Source of the DNA: Eledone cirrhosa
Taxonomy: Eukaryota
NCBI GenBank assembly: GCA_964016885.1
Contig: OZ024759.1
Span: forward strand, 31,682,001 to 31,746,000
Reading direction: 5' to 3'
DNA: 64,000 nt
Shown: positions 31,101-51,110 of the stretch, in pieces
Layout of the letters: every line of letters begins with the position of its first letter
Position numbering within the stretch: position 1 is the stretch's first letter
The notes under the pieces: model-generated
Seen by the model: only the letters and a program-made list of their open reading frames with translations
Told to the model about the DNA's origin: nothing
Database searches by the model: none
Program-made: the position numbers and the translations under genes

Positions 31101-34100
31101 CCGAGATATGTCAGTGAAACCGCCTCATGCTGGTTGTACTTCACATCCTATATCGATACCTCACACCGGTTTCTCGAAATCAGCTATGCCAGCGCCTGCC
31201 CCCCTTTCTATGTCCACCTCACACCAAAGGGTACCTATGAATAAACCAAGCCCGGATTTCTCTGCCGGTAAACCAACCGTTGCAACTTCATCCCCGACTA
31301 AAGTGACTCTGAAACCAAACAGCCCAGTAACAGATGGGAAGCAACATCCAGTTGCTATGCCTTCTTCAATGCTTATTAAAACTGGACCCCAGCATATCGG
31401 TTCTCTTCGCGGCAGAGTACTTCCTCCTGCGCAGATGTCTGTGAAACCAGTTTCTACCACTGGCCCTTTGTTGTCAACCACACACGTCGATACGAAGCTG
31501 GCCCCTAGTACCACTGCCGAACAACACAAGCAGCAGCAGGGCAGCAAACCTTACTATTCAGACAAGCCCTCACAGCATGTGACTGGATCGTCAATGAAGC
31601 CTATCTTGCTATCTGATGCAGCCCAAACAAACCCTGTCTATTATTCGTCATCATCCAAGCCGCCAATGTCGACATCCGACATGTCAGCCAGCAAGTCATT
31701 TTCTCCAACATTCCCTTCGAATCCAATGCTTATGTCCGCAATGCCAAAGACCCCTACATCTCCAGCTGATAGTGCCGCCATGTCACGACACATGGGAACA
31801 ATGTCGCCGAAACCGGTCACCCCAGAAGCACATCATACCAGTGCTGGTTTTGCCCGGCTTCCTGGCAGCCCATCTCTAAGTATTCCTGCATCTAAACCCC
31901 CCATGGCCCATTCAACCAAACCCCAGATTACTCATATGACAGGTGTGGTTACCTCCAAGGCTGCAGTTGCTCATGGTACCAGCATTTCATCTGGTAAGCC
32001 CCAAATTACTCACATGATGGGCACAGTCCCTCCAAAGGTTTCATCTCCAACCCCAATCCTCTCTAAACCCCCTGTCACCCACATGGCCGGGGTCGCTTTA
32101 CAGAAACCACAGGTGACTCACATGGCTGGGTTAGCACCCCCAAAACCTCAGGTGCAATCCACTGAAGGTGGCCTTTTATCAAAGCCGGTTGTTTTACACG
32201 CTGTGGGTTCAGCTGCGAAACCGATGCCAGGGCACCCTTCTGGTCAGTCCCCTTCACTGGGACTGTCACCAAGCAAGATGGACATGTCACACGGAAGCAA
32301 CACATCCACAGATTCAGACAAAGCAAAGCCTTTACAAGAGAAGTCTCAACCCCAGCCTTTTCCCGGCGTGGAATACTCCAAATATATGTCTCCAGTGAAG
32401 AGTTCTGATGCTGGTTGTGGAAGGTCGCCTGTCGATATGACCCAGAAGCCTTCCTATGGTGGACATTACATGTCTAAATCTGAGGGACCACACTCATGCA
32501 TGGCTCCCAGGCCACAGGCCTCGCCAGTCAGCTATGCTAAAGGTTTTACTTTAGAACAGAAATGTGAGCAGCTGCAGCAGCATCCCCAGAAGTCAGTTGT
32601 TCAGACAGTGCGAGCGTCGGAGCCTCAAGAAGTTAATCTGTCTGCCAATAAACCCAAGACTCTTTTGCCTACACCTAGCAACATGGATCAATACAGGAAG
32701 GACGCGGTTGATTTAAAGTCATCTCCAGCGAAATCCGCAACCAACAGCCAAGACTGTTTCAAAATGAAATCGACAGTCCCAGAAGCTGGCATAGTCGCAG
32801 GTAAACCACTCAGCGGATCTCATGACAAAGTGCCTAGTCCAGCAGTCGTATCGAATCCAAAGACTGGGGTTCCGATAACAGGTTGTGGAACACCGACTGT
32901 TGTAACCAGCGGCGGCCACGACAACAGCAAAATGATGATGATGTCAGCGAAAACTCAGCATTTCACAGGAGGCCCTGTAAATACACCTTCACAACTTAAC
33001 AAGCCTGCACACCTAGCAACACCGAGTCATCCAGTCAGCACTTTTGCCCCCACAAGTGCTCCTACCCTGCCTCTTTCTACATTAGTTACTTCGTCATCTT
33101 CATCCTCGTCGTCGCCTTCGTCGGGGCCTCCGAAAGCTACTTCTTCTGTCGACGTCATCAATGGCACTAAGATGTCAACAGAATCTCAACAAGTATGTGA
33201 TCTAAGCAAGAAGCGCAAAGCCGATTCGTCAGAGAACGACCCGCACAGCTCGAAAAAGGCTCACAGTGCCGAGGAAGAAGCAAATCTGGTTGCTAACGGC
33301 CAGAAAATCAGCGGAAGTTCTCAGCAAGCTTCGAGGGTCACTGTTGAAACCAAAGTCCAGAAGTCTGAACCTATGGAGGTTTCTCAATCCGTTAGCAGTA
33401 GTAGTTGTAGTAGTAGCAGCAGTAGTAGTAGTAGTATTTGTGGTACTACACAGAGCAGCTCAAATGTCGATGCTTTACTCAAAGACTATGTTGTTGTCAA
33501 TAAAGATGATGTCCCTGCCAAAGACAGCGTCGAAGTTCGGCAGTCGCTGCCCAAGTCTCCTCCTTGTAGTAACCCCCCCAAACCCCAGTTGAAGCATCCA
33601 CTGCCTACGTCTCAGCAGAGCACAATGCCCCCTCAGTTGCCTAAACCCCCAGCAAGCTCGGCTGGGCTGATGAGTTGTGGTCCTTTAGCAGGAAGTAGCC
33701 CTAATAGAGACACTTTGCTCAGTCGCACTTTTAGATTTAACCCAACCCTCCCCAACAACACAATTATGGACAAGAGCAGGCAGTTCAGTGTAGTCTCGTA
33801 CAATATACTTGCCGACTGCCATTTCAACAAGCTTCTGAAAGACAGATATCCTGCTGAAGAAAAGCAATTTCTGGAGCTCCCAGCTCGTCACAAACGGTTA
33901 ATGGCTGAGCTATCCTACATTGATGCTGATGTTGTATGTTTGCAAGAAGTGGAACCGGAGTACTATAGCAAAACCCTCTCTCCTGATATGCAAAAGTAAG
34001 TTGAAATTCATTATTCTGTTTTGTTAATTCTTAATGTCCTGTATCGCATGAAATCAAAATCTTGAAAAAAACAAAACATCACAATGATTGCATCACAGTA

Positions 34101-37100
34101 AATTTTGAAGTTTTTACTCTAATACAACTAATTTTCACAATGATCTGTCAACTAGTAAAGATAGTTCAAACATTTGAGTTAACAAGCCTGTTTTTAGATA
34201 TTTACTAGTAAATCGTTGCAGGATGTTAAGAGTTAATTTTGAAAATTAACATTTTGTTCTTGTGTTTCAAATAATTAAAAATTTGTTGCAATTTTTTGTT
34301 GTTGTTAAGCTGATGTTTAGAACATAACTTCACAAAAAGTTCTTAAAATTATATTTAACCCTTTAGCATTTACATTACACTGTATTTACAATTATATTTT
34401 CACGGTAAAGACTTTACCTCATACAATTATCTCACATAATATCGAATCTATGAGATTTTGATATTATTTATGTTGAGAACAATACCTTAACACCAGTATG
34501 TGTGGCCGGTTACAGCTGGTTTGAACAGAAAGAGGTGAGATAATTCTGGCCAGATACAGCTGGTTTAAATGCTAAAGGGTTAAAGGTTTTAACCTGGTTT
34601 TATGATACAAAACTGTTTATTCTAAACTTTATATTTATCTAAAATCTTTTCATCCTGATTTTAGATAAGAACTTTTTTAAGTTATGTTCCAAACCCCCCA
34701 AAATTTATATTACTAAAATCCAATGCTCTATATATACTATTGTACTTTCGCGGCATAGGCTTTATCTTACATAATATAGAATCTATGAGATTTTGATATT
34801 ATTGATTTTGGAAACGATACCTTAACATCAGTATCAGTGGCCAGTTATGGCCAGTTTGAACAGAAAGAGGTGAGAGAATTGTGACTGGATACAGCCAGTT
34901 TAAATGCTAAAGGGTTAAATATAATATGTTTGAAAGAAACGCACACTCATATATATGTACAAGTGTTTTAATTCATTGGTATTTTTTGAGAAGGCTTTGA
35001 AAAAAATACAGCAGTGTGTTGAATTACTTGCACATGTGTATAAGGAAAATATTGCATAATATATACACTTGATAACTAATGTATTGAGTCCTTTCTTTGA
35101 CTTGCAGTCTTCTTGAAAAATACAATTCATTTACTATTATTAAGATATATATGTAAATATTCATACATGTGTATATATATATGTGTGTGTATATATATGT
35201 ATAGGTATCTTTATATTATATAGAAATGATTTCTACAGGACAAGAACTGTTTCATTTTAGGTGTTAAAAGGTGATGATTATGATGATGGTATAATACACA
35301 CATACTCTCACCTTTTCTTTTGTTTGTACCCACACCTACATATATATATATATATATGTGTATGTATATGTAAACCATTTTTTTTAGAACCATTGAATAA
35401 TAAGGAAGCTTTTGAATTTGTAAATTAGAAGCAGCAAGGTTTTTTGACTAAGAAAAACAGTCTAATAAGTCGGGCATATAGATTAACACTGCTGTACAAC
35501 ATTTTTTCCATCTCTAGGGTTTATATACCAGACTTATTTTTCATAATCGAAAAATGTTTATCCTTTGAATTTACAAGTTCAAAAACCTATATATATTCTC
35601 TACTTTGATATTGAGCACTTTGTGTTTCCAAACCAAAATGTACAGATATATATACATACACATGCATGCAGGGTGTCCCCAAAAAATCGATACACACTTT
35701 CATTACTTGTACAGGTAATATTTATTAGAATCCTGTTGAAGTGTGTATAAATTTTTAGGGACACCTCTGTGTGTGTATATATATATATACATGTATATAC
35801 ACGTGTTTGTGTGTGTGTGTGTGTGGATGGTGTTAGGAAGGGCATCCAGCTGTAAAAACCAATACTGCTAATCCAACACCCTAATAATGATAGTAATAAT
35901 AATAGTCAAATACCCTAAATGAGAAAATCGGGTAAGATACCTCTGTCTCCAGGGGTTCTTTACTCAATTTTCAAATCTATTATTTATATTGATCAACTAT
36001 TGTTATAGTGATTTATGTCAACTAGAAGTTCATCATCATCATTTAATGTACATTTTCCACGCTTGCAGGGGTTAGATGGGTTGTTACATTAAGAGGCAAG
36101 TCGGGTCCAGAGACCATGTTTTGCTTGTATGGATCTGGATTTTCTGGTTCTGTCTCTACAGCTGGATGCCCTTCTGAATGCCTCCTGTGGGCTGGCTCTG
36201 GGTGCTTGTCGTGTCACCAACATGACCACCTTAAAGTGTGGATTGAGCAATTTTTCTTGTGTCATCAACACGACCACCCTACAGTGTGGACTGGATCATC
36301 AACACAATTACTTTACTGTGTGGACTGGGCACTTTTTCTCAGGTCACTATCAATATCACCTTACATATATATATAATCCTTATGATTTTTACATTGACTT
36401 TTCTATGCTTGCATTGGTTGGGCTGGGCTTTTTGGAGCATTGTCTTACAACCAGGTTACCCCTTTTAGTCACTTAATGTAAACTGTGTGTGTGATATATA
36501 TTGGTAATATGTGTGTATATATATATATATAGGCTGCTTGTACCTGCTTTAGAATAAGGGTGAAGGTGTGTCAAAAGGGTTAGCGTCAAGAAGAGCATCT
36601 GACTGAAAAACATTGCTTCAATAAAGACCCCTTGATTTGTATGAGACCTACTAAGTTAACTCATGCTCTTGGAGGGAAAATAACCTTAAATCCCCTGTTA
36701 TATATCTAGTGTTTATCATGGGGTTATGGTCAGGTCAAGCTTCTGTCTGTTACTGGTACCATGTAACCCAGTACAACCTGCTTCATGGTTGTGTGGTCAG
36801 TGATTAAACTGGCTCCCCCATCGAACTTTGGTCTGGTGAGGAGAGTAATTGGAACCCCAGCAGCACAGAAAGAGTTGTCAAAAGGCAGATTATTTAGTAA
36901 CATAACTTTCTCATTATCAAGTGAGGTTAGCTTTGTAATTTATTGTGTTTCATTGTGGCACCAGCACTAAAGATGATGCTGCTTGCTTGTCCAGACTGAA
37001 GAGTCCTCTTGGACTCTATATTATTATCATTATATTCATATGGTGGGCAGTGGATTGGTGGAATCATTAGTGCTGAACAAAATGCTTAGTTACAGGCCTT

Positions 37101-39747
37101 TTACATTTTGAGTGCAAATCCTGCTAAGATCAACTTTGCCTTTCATCCTTCTGGAGGTTAATAAAATAAAGTCCCAGTAATATACTGGGCACCAATTTAA
37201 TCAACATTCTCTTCCCCAAAAATTGCTAGCCTTGTGCCAATATTAAAAACAATTTATGTTTATATATATTGTTATATATATTTTTATGTTTTTCATTTAA
37301 ATTTCAGACTGGGATATGAAGGTTTTTACAAAAAGAGAGTCCATGAGAACTATGATGAAGGAGAAACAACATTTTATAAGACAAGTCGTTTTTCTGATGC
37401 TGAAAATACAGCTTACAGTCTGAAACAGTTAATAGACAAGGTAAATAATATGTATATATTTCTATAAAACAGTGTTGTAGGTTGTTTGAAGAACTGTGGA
37501 ATATGAGAAGTGGGTTGGTATGTTTTGGTAGCTGAAACTGGGTTTAACCCTTTAGCATTTACATTACTCTATATTTATTATTATATTTTCATGATAAAGG
37601 CTTTATCTCACATAATACTGAATCTATGAGACTTTGATATTATTTATTTTGCGAACAATACCTTAACATAAGTATGTATGAGTGGCCGGTTACGGCTGGT
37701 TTGAACAGAAAGAGGTGAGAGAATTCTGACTGGATACAGCCAGTTTAAATGCTAAAGGGTTAATTCAAATGATTATAGTATCTTTACTAGTGGATAAATT
37801 GTTGTGTGTTGTGTACTTTTCAAGAATGCCTTGCTAATATAGTTTCATGTGGTTTGTTAATTCAAATGATTTTAGCATCTTTATTGTACCCACAGATTAT
37901 TAAATGATTTTAATATTCAGTGTGATGTAGTCACAGTGTCTTGCTAGTGTGATTTCATGTGGTACAGGATGTTGAGAATTAAATTACATTTCCCTGTATA
38001 TGTGTAGGACATTCCAAGAAATTATTGTATTTTTTCTGTATATGTGTAGGACATTCAAGAGATGAGCCTCTCAGAGGAAGTGAAAGAATCGGTCCGTCGC
38101 TCTATGTGTCTGCCTGATGTACTTCTGGTGACACGACTTCGGTGTAAAAATACTGGCAAGTTCATCACAGTTGGAAATGTTCATATCAACTGGGGCGGTT
38201 TTAAACTTCCTAATAGTCAGTGTGTTCAGGTAAGTTGCTCACTCTGAATATCTTTCGTTACCATATATGCTAGCGTGGAAGATAGACGTTAAACGATGAT
38301 GATGTTAATGATTTCTAATGAAATGGTTTTTAAATAATTTAAAAAGTAATCAAGAATTTGGAGGGATTTAGTAAAATAACTAAGTTGGTGTTGGCAACAT
38401 AACTTAACAAAGGTTCTTACATAAAATTATGATGGAAGATTTTGAGATAAATATAAACACTTTAACCCTTTCCTTACCATATTTCTAATGAAGAGACAGT
38501 CTTTGCATTTCAAATAATTTAGAAAATAATCAAGAATTTGGAGGGATTTAGTAAAATAACGTTTTCATTATTAAACTGGTGTTTGGAACATAACTTAAAG
38601 GTTCTTATATATTATGAGAGTAGATTTTTAGATTAAAAACATTAAAATAAAAACAATTTCTGTATTGTAGAACTGGAGGCGGTTTTAAAAGGGATAACTA
38701 TCTTTCTCGTTATTAAACTGGTGTTTGGAACATAACTTAACAAAAGTTCTCCACTGTTTTCAGATTGCCCGTGCTATCAGGGAAGTTGTAAACCGAGCCG
38801 GCAGTGATTCTAACCCCCATGTGATTTGTGGGGACTTCAATTCCAGCCCAAAGTCCCCTGGTTATCAGCTGGCATCGGAAGGCTATTTAGCAGATGCTAT
38901 GATTCAGCTCCTGCAATCCTCAAAAACAATGGAGATGCCAGATGGATCGGTAAGTCGGACTAAATGGATTTTTTTGTTTTTGTTTTTTGTGAATTTTTTT
39001 CTTGTCTCTGGCAGTGTGTTATTTGTTACACCAGAAGCACCAGGATCATGGCTGTGTGGGTAAAGTGTTTGTTGTGCAACCATATTTTGTACTCTTGAAG
39101 AAGGGCTTAAGCCAGAGACGTCAAACTTTCTTTTCTCTTTTCCATATAAAACATGAAAATAATAAGACTTTTTGTACCTCTGTTTGTTGTATCTTTGAAC
39201 TACACACATACATACATACATACACATACACACACACATATATATATATATGATTTTTAGGTTATAGCAGAAATAGTGTTCTTAAATATATGCCTCATTT
39301 ATTTTCAGAAATCGGCACTTGTAGATCATCTTTGGGAAAGATTCCAGCACACTTCATCCAGTCTTAAGAGTGCCTATGCTGTTGTACAGGTAAGATCTGC
39401 TAATTATTAGAGTTTCTTTCTATTTCTGTGTTGTGTAAAGTGGTAAAGTGGTAAGGGTGTTGGATTCATGATCATAAGGCTGTGGGTTCAATTCCTGGAT
39501 CAAGTGATGTTCTCAGGCAAGATCTTTGATTTCATGATAGTACCTTTGGCCCCTATCATTAACCCTTTAGCATTTACATTACTCTGTCAAATGTCATGTT
39601 TATCTATTCACATTAATTTGAGATAATCATACTCAAGAGGGTTATCAACTATATTTGTTTGTAATTTTGTTAATTTTCTATGTGCAGACTTGAAATTTTG
39701 TCAATAGATGTCTAAATATCAATAATTTACAATTATTTATTTTTACC

Positions 39748-39778
<31 letters not shown>

Positions 39779-40550
39779 GTTAAATTTGACTTTTATGGGC
39801 AGGTGAAATTAATTAACAGGTGTAAAAGTAATGACTTTATGGATATACACAAAAATTTAAACATTATGTGCCTAACCTGTTAGGTTTGTTGCAAAAATTA
39901 TCTAACAATGACCTAGATGTTGACTTCCAACAATTTTAACACTTAATTAATTTTAAATGCAAGTGTTATTTTTGTGGTAAAGGCCTTATCTTGCAGTAAT
40001 CTTGAATCAACGAGATTTTGATGACGTCATTGTTTATTTTTAGAACGATATCTTAGTGTGGGTATCTTCAGCCGGTTTGAACACTAAAGGGTTAAAACAT
40101 CAAGAAATGTTTGAAAGATAGGGGCTACAATCCTAGTGCTGGTTCCATGATAAACTGCAACCATCACACTCTGTATATGTGTGTACAGTTGTATATATAT
40201 ATATATATATATATATGCACGCACACACATACCTATATGTGTGTGTATGTGTAATTTTTGTGTAGTTATATATGTGCGTGTATGTAGTTGTATGAGTATA
40301 TATATATATATATATTTAACCATCTATATGTATATCTATTTATCTACAGGGTATTGAACCAGATTTGACCACAATGACAGAGCACACCAGAGAGTGTTTA
40401 GACTATGTCTTCTACAGTTCCACCAGTTTGGAGGCTGTCGGTGTCCTGCAAGTTCCTGCTAAACAGAATGTGCTTGACTGCAAACTCATTCCAAACAGAA
40501 CCTTCCCGTCTGACCATCTCTCATTAAAGGCAGTCTTGGCTTTTAAATAA
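25722..40550 (+). CDS. Gene 1: ~2280-aa protein, long disordered N-terminus plus C-terminal EEP (CCR4/Nocturnin/Angel/PDE12-like) phosphodiesterase/deadenylase domain; 8 coding exons
   Basis: Exons 25722-25903, 27427-27518, 28208-33995, 37308-37440, 38050-38229, 38764-38949, 39309-39389, 40350-40550 have GT-AG ends and compatible phases (6843 nt). EEP motifs: [42 protein letters not shown]. Confidence 0.9.
26130..26390 (-). mobile_element. Degenerate RTE-like LINE 3' fragment
   Basis: Minus strand resembles [12 protein letters not shown]..., with a 'cccacgaccctc..gaagaa' type tail. Confidence 0.45.
27427..27518 (+). CDS. Gene 1 coding exon 2 ([16 protein letters not shown]...)
   Basis: ttgtag acceptor, gtatt donor; phases 2 and 1 join exons 1 and 3 in frame. 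Confidence 0.75.
28208..33995 (+). CDS. Gene 1 giant coding exon 3 (5788 nt): acidic/RS-rich then S/P/T-rich region, ending in the start of the EEP domain
   Basis: Open 1932-codon frame, higher GC than flanks, ends in [11 protein letters not shown]...[10 protein letters not shown]; gtaagt donor at 33996. Confidence 0.92.
34355..34583. mobile_element. piggyBac-like MITE (~225 bp)
   Basis: TTAA-CCCTTTAGCATTTA...TAAATGCTAAAGGG-TTAA; partial copy at 34730-34918. Confidence 0.85.
35668..35770. mobile_element. Short Tc1/mariner-like MITE
   Basis: TIRs cagggtgtccccaaaa / ttttagggacacctctg. Confidence 0.5.
37308..37440 (+). CDS. Gene 1 exon 4 ([10 protein letters not shown]...[12 protein letters not shown])
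   Basis: tttcag acceptor, gtaaat donor; typical EEP segment GY.G.YK.R...G...FYK..RF. Confidence 0.9.
37544..37763. mobile_element. piggyBac-like MITE
   Basis: Same TIRs and TTAA flanks. Confidence 0.85.
38050..38229 (+). CDS. Gene 1 exon 5 (...[10 protein letters not shown]...)
   Basis: tgtag acceptor, gtaagt donor, NxH motif. Confidence 0.88.
38764..38949 (+). CDS. Gene 1 exon 6 ([12 protein letters not shown])
   Basis: Catalytic GDFN motif; tttcag / gtaagt sites. Confidence 0.92.
39309..39389 (+). CDS. Gene 1 exon 7 ([27 protein letters not shown])
   Basis: tttcag / gtaaga sites, phase 0; H...LKSAY motif typical of the CCR4 family. Not in the ORF track. Confidence 0.88.
39559..40094. 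mobile_element. Longer piggyBac-like MITE, probably with an internal insertion
   Basis: ttaaccctttagcatttac...actaaagggttaa. Confidence 0.65.
40350..40550 (+). CDS. Gene 1 last coding exon (LDYVFYS...FPSDHLSL)
   Basis: ctacag acceptor; catalytic DY and SDH motifs; TAA at 40548-40550. Confidence 0.92.
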   Translation, partial: GIEPDLTTMTEHTRECLDYVFYSSTSLEAVGVLQVPAKQNVLDCKLIPNRTFPSDHLSLKAVLAFK

Positions 40551-42148
40551 ATTTTTCACATAGGTAAATCTATCTTTACGTGTTTTTAGTGTTTTTTTGA
40601 TTTTTTGTTAACATTAATATGTTAACAAATATCTCAGTTGATATAACTGACCTTCTGCCCTTGCGACAATGTTAGAAAGAATTGTTATTATTACTAGCAT
40701 ACTGGATTGGCAGTATCAGTCGAGTGTCGGATCCATGCTTTGCAGCATAGTTATGGCCCTTTATGATATGAGTTCAAATCCCGCCGGGGTTAGCTTTGCA
40801 TTTCATCCTTACGAGGTTGATAAAATAAAGTACCAGTAATGCACTGGGATAATTACTGCTAAAAGTAGAAACAATTATTACCCAAAGGGTGGTTTTTCTG
40901 CTAGCATGTGTAGTGTTTATATTGATATTATAACCAAATATATATGCATGTAGATATGATACGTCAAATGAAATCGTAATTGATAATATACACAGAAATT
41001 GAATGAAGTCTGTGTTACACTGTCTTCTGTAATCAGTAAAGTAATCCATGATACATTAAAAAAAAGACGATATTATATATTAACTGCATATATAATAAAC
41101 TAAAATGTTATGAAAACGAAAAAGTAGAAAATTAGCAACGGAAATATAAACCTTATATAACGATGCAAATATATGAATGTTTATATAAGAGATGTAATAA
41201 GTGTTATAATATGACGGGCACTAACCGGAAGTGTTGACATTTGAAAATATTAAAGAGGTGAATGTTAAAATAGGCAATACTTTATATATAAGAATATTTA
41301 TGTTTAATCAAGAGCTACAAAATTTAGTAGATAAATTACATAATATTCATTCATTATTTATTCATAGTAACCCAACTTATTTTACTAATGGGATAAAAAA
41401 TTATAAAACGGACACTGTCCCGCACTCTTCCTTTATTATATTATAGATTATTATTGGGTTCAAATCCCGCCAAGGTTAGCTTTGCCTTTCATCCTTACGG
41501 GGTCGATAGATAATGCACTAGGGTCGATTTAATCTACTTTCCTCTTCTCTTCAAATTGCTGGCCTTGTGCCTAAAGTAGAAACAATTATTTTGATTATTG
41601 ATTACATGCGCTGATGACACGATGAAAACCATCCAGTTCATCTTGTTAGATGGTCCTTTTTGTGCCACAATAAAAAGCACCCAGTCTACCCTGTTAGATG
41701 GTTGTCATGGTGGCTCAATAAAAAGCACCCAGTCCACACTCTAATGTGGTTGATGTTTACATTACTCTATATTTACGATTGTGTTTTCATGGTAAAGGCT
41801 TTATCTCTCTCACATAATATCAGATCTATGAGGTTTTGATATTATTTATTTTGAGAACAATACCTTAACATCAGTATGAGTGACCAGTTACAGCAGGTTG
41901 GAACAGAAAGAGGTGAGAGAATTCTGGCTGGATATGGCTGGTTTAAATGCTAAAGGGTTAAGGCATCCAGCCGTAGAAACGAAGCCAAAATACAGATCCA
42001 TATGAGCAAGACACTGTCTCATAACACGGCAACCTATCTAATCCATGCAAATGGGGGAAAATGGACGTTACATGATGATGATGATTGTTTTTTTTTTTTT
42101 CAGTTTTGTTTACTTTTTTTTAAATTCTTTTTTTTTTTATTTATTCAG

Positions 42149-42640
42149 ATTCGTCTCACATTTTGATAAAACCAGTGGCTATTTTTGGCGTTGTGGACCT
42201 GGTTTCATTGTTGTTCCTGCCACAAACCTCATCTTTCACCACTCGAAACCCACAACATCAACAACAACATCCCACAGACCAAATAATATTTTCTTTGTGT
42301 GTGGTCAGCCTTTCTCTCTCTCTCTCTTTCGTTTTTTTTTTCTCTTCTTCTTTGGCCATTTTTAATTCAGCAGCAGCAGCAGCAGATGTAGAAGGTTTTT
42401 TGTTTTTTTGAGGGTGGGTGGGGAAACTGATTTTTTTTTTTTTTTTTTTTATGTTAATAAAATGGAGTAGTTCACACACACACACACACACACAAAACTG
42501 TAACCCTACCACTACCACACCACACCACCACCAGACATACAGCAAGCAGCAACAACAACTATTACTACAGCTACTACTACTACAGTCATCACTATTATTA
42601 CACTTTGTTAATTGAAAATAAATAATAGATTATTAAAAGT
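42149..42640 (+). other. Probable spliced 3'UTR exon of gene 1
   Basis: Donor-like ag|gtaaat at 40563/40564 just after the stop; strong polypyrimidine+ttcag acceptor ending 42148; AATAAA/ATTAAA near 42617-42637. Confidence 0.45.
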
Positions 42641-42699
42641 TAGTATTAATGTACAACCTTTCCGTTTTTTTTTATCTTTTATTTTAATGTTTGTTTTTT

Positions 42700-43047
42700 G
42701 TTTTAAAATTGACTCCATCACATTTCTGTTTTAAAATTGACATCATCTCGTCTTTGTTTTAAAATTGACATCATCTCGTCTTTGTTTTAAAATTGACATC
42801 ATCTCGTCTTTGTTTTAAAATTGACATTATCTCGTCTTTGTTTTAAAATTGACATCAACATTTCATTTCTGTTTTAAAATTGACATCAACATTTCATTTC
42901 TGTTTTAAAATTGACATCAACAATTCATTTCTGTTTTAAAATTGACATCATCTCATCTCAGTTTTAAAATGGACATCAACATCTCGTTCCTGTTTTAAAA
43001 TTGACATCATCTCATCTCGGTTTTAAAATTGATATTATCTTGTCTCT
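42700..43047 (+). repeat. Minisatellite, ~28-31 bp units, ~12 copies
   Basis: Core gttttaaaattgacatca with two alternating variable tails. Confidence 0.9.
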
Positions 43048-43345
43048 GTTTTAAATTGACATCAACATTGGTTCTGTATGAGCAAGATACAGTCATCTGA
43101 TCTGACATGTCTCACAACAGGACTACTCGTCTAACCCATGCTAGCATGGAAAATGGACATTAAACAGTGATGATGATCTCCTCTTGTTAATATATATATA
43201 TGAATCTCTCTAATGTCCATTCACTTGTTCCTAGTTGCCAAACTCTTATCTTATCTTAAGCTCCACTTCATACCATCTTTAAGTTCTACTCTATCATATC
43301 TTAAGTTCCACTATAAAGTTCTACTTTGTCTTCAGTTCCTTAACT

Positions 43346-43545
43346 NNNNNNNNNNNNNNNNNNNNNNNNNNNNNNNNNNNNNNNNNNNNNNNNNNNNNNN
43401 NNNNNNNNNNNNNNNNNNNNNNNNNNNNNNNNNNNNNNNNNNNNNNNNNNNNNNNNNNNNNNNNNNNNNNNNNNNNNNNNNNNNNNNNNNNNNNNNNNNN
43501 NNNNNNNNNNNNNNNNNNNNNNNNNNNNNNNNNNNNNNNNNNNNN
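43346..43545. other. Assembly gap (200 N)
   Basis: Run of n. Confidence 1.
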
Positions 43546-50719
<7,174 letters not shown>

Positions 50720-50889
50720 TGAAGGAGAAGGGAGGTGATGAGAGGGAGAAGAAGATGATGATGATGATGATGATAATATGTGAATCGTATGAAAAATGTC
50801 CCAGATTGAATGTCAAGTTAAAGAAGGGTAATAATAATAGTAATAGTGGTTTCTGATTTAATAATGATAATAATAATAGGTACTATCTC

Positions 50890-51077
50890 AAATAGTTTCC
50901 AAGGATGGTTAAAGAACATTAGCCCAGCCTCGTTTTTTGGAACACTTCAAAAGGCATGCTTGCTGGGAACAGCAGGAACCTTCTGATACGTCCTGAATAT
51001 CTGAGGCTGCAGGTAGCGGCTTGATATTCATTTCAACAAACTTTCCAGTTAAATAACATCAATGACTGAGACTCAAA

Positions 51078-51109
<32 letters not shown>

Positions 51110-51110
51110 T
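50890..51110 (+). mobile_element. R4/Dong-like LINE 3' end with (TAA)n tail
   Basis: LQKACLLGTA motif followed by a short UTR and (AAT)n. Confidence 0.6.

Noticed and set aside
28438-33891. Antisense and alternate-frame ORFs within the giant exon
   Set aside because: Shadow ORFs of a GC-richer low-complexity coding exon with no recognisable motifs.
42700-43047. CRISPR-like repeat starting GTTTTA
   Set aside because: Variable parts are only ~10 nt and recur; no cas genes; ordinary minisatellite.
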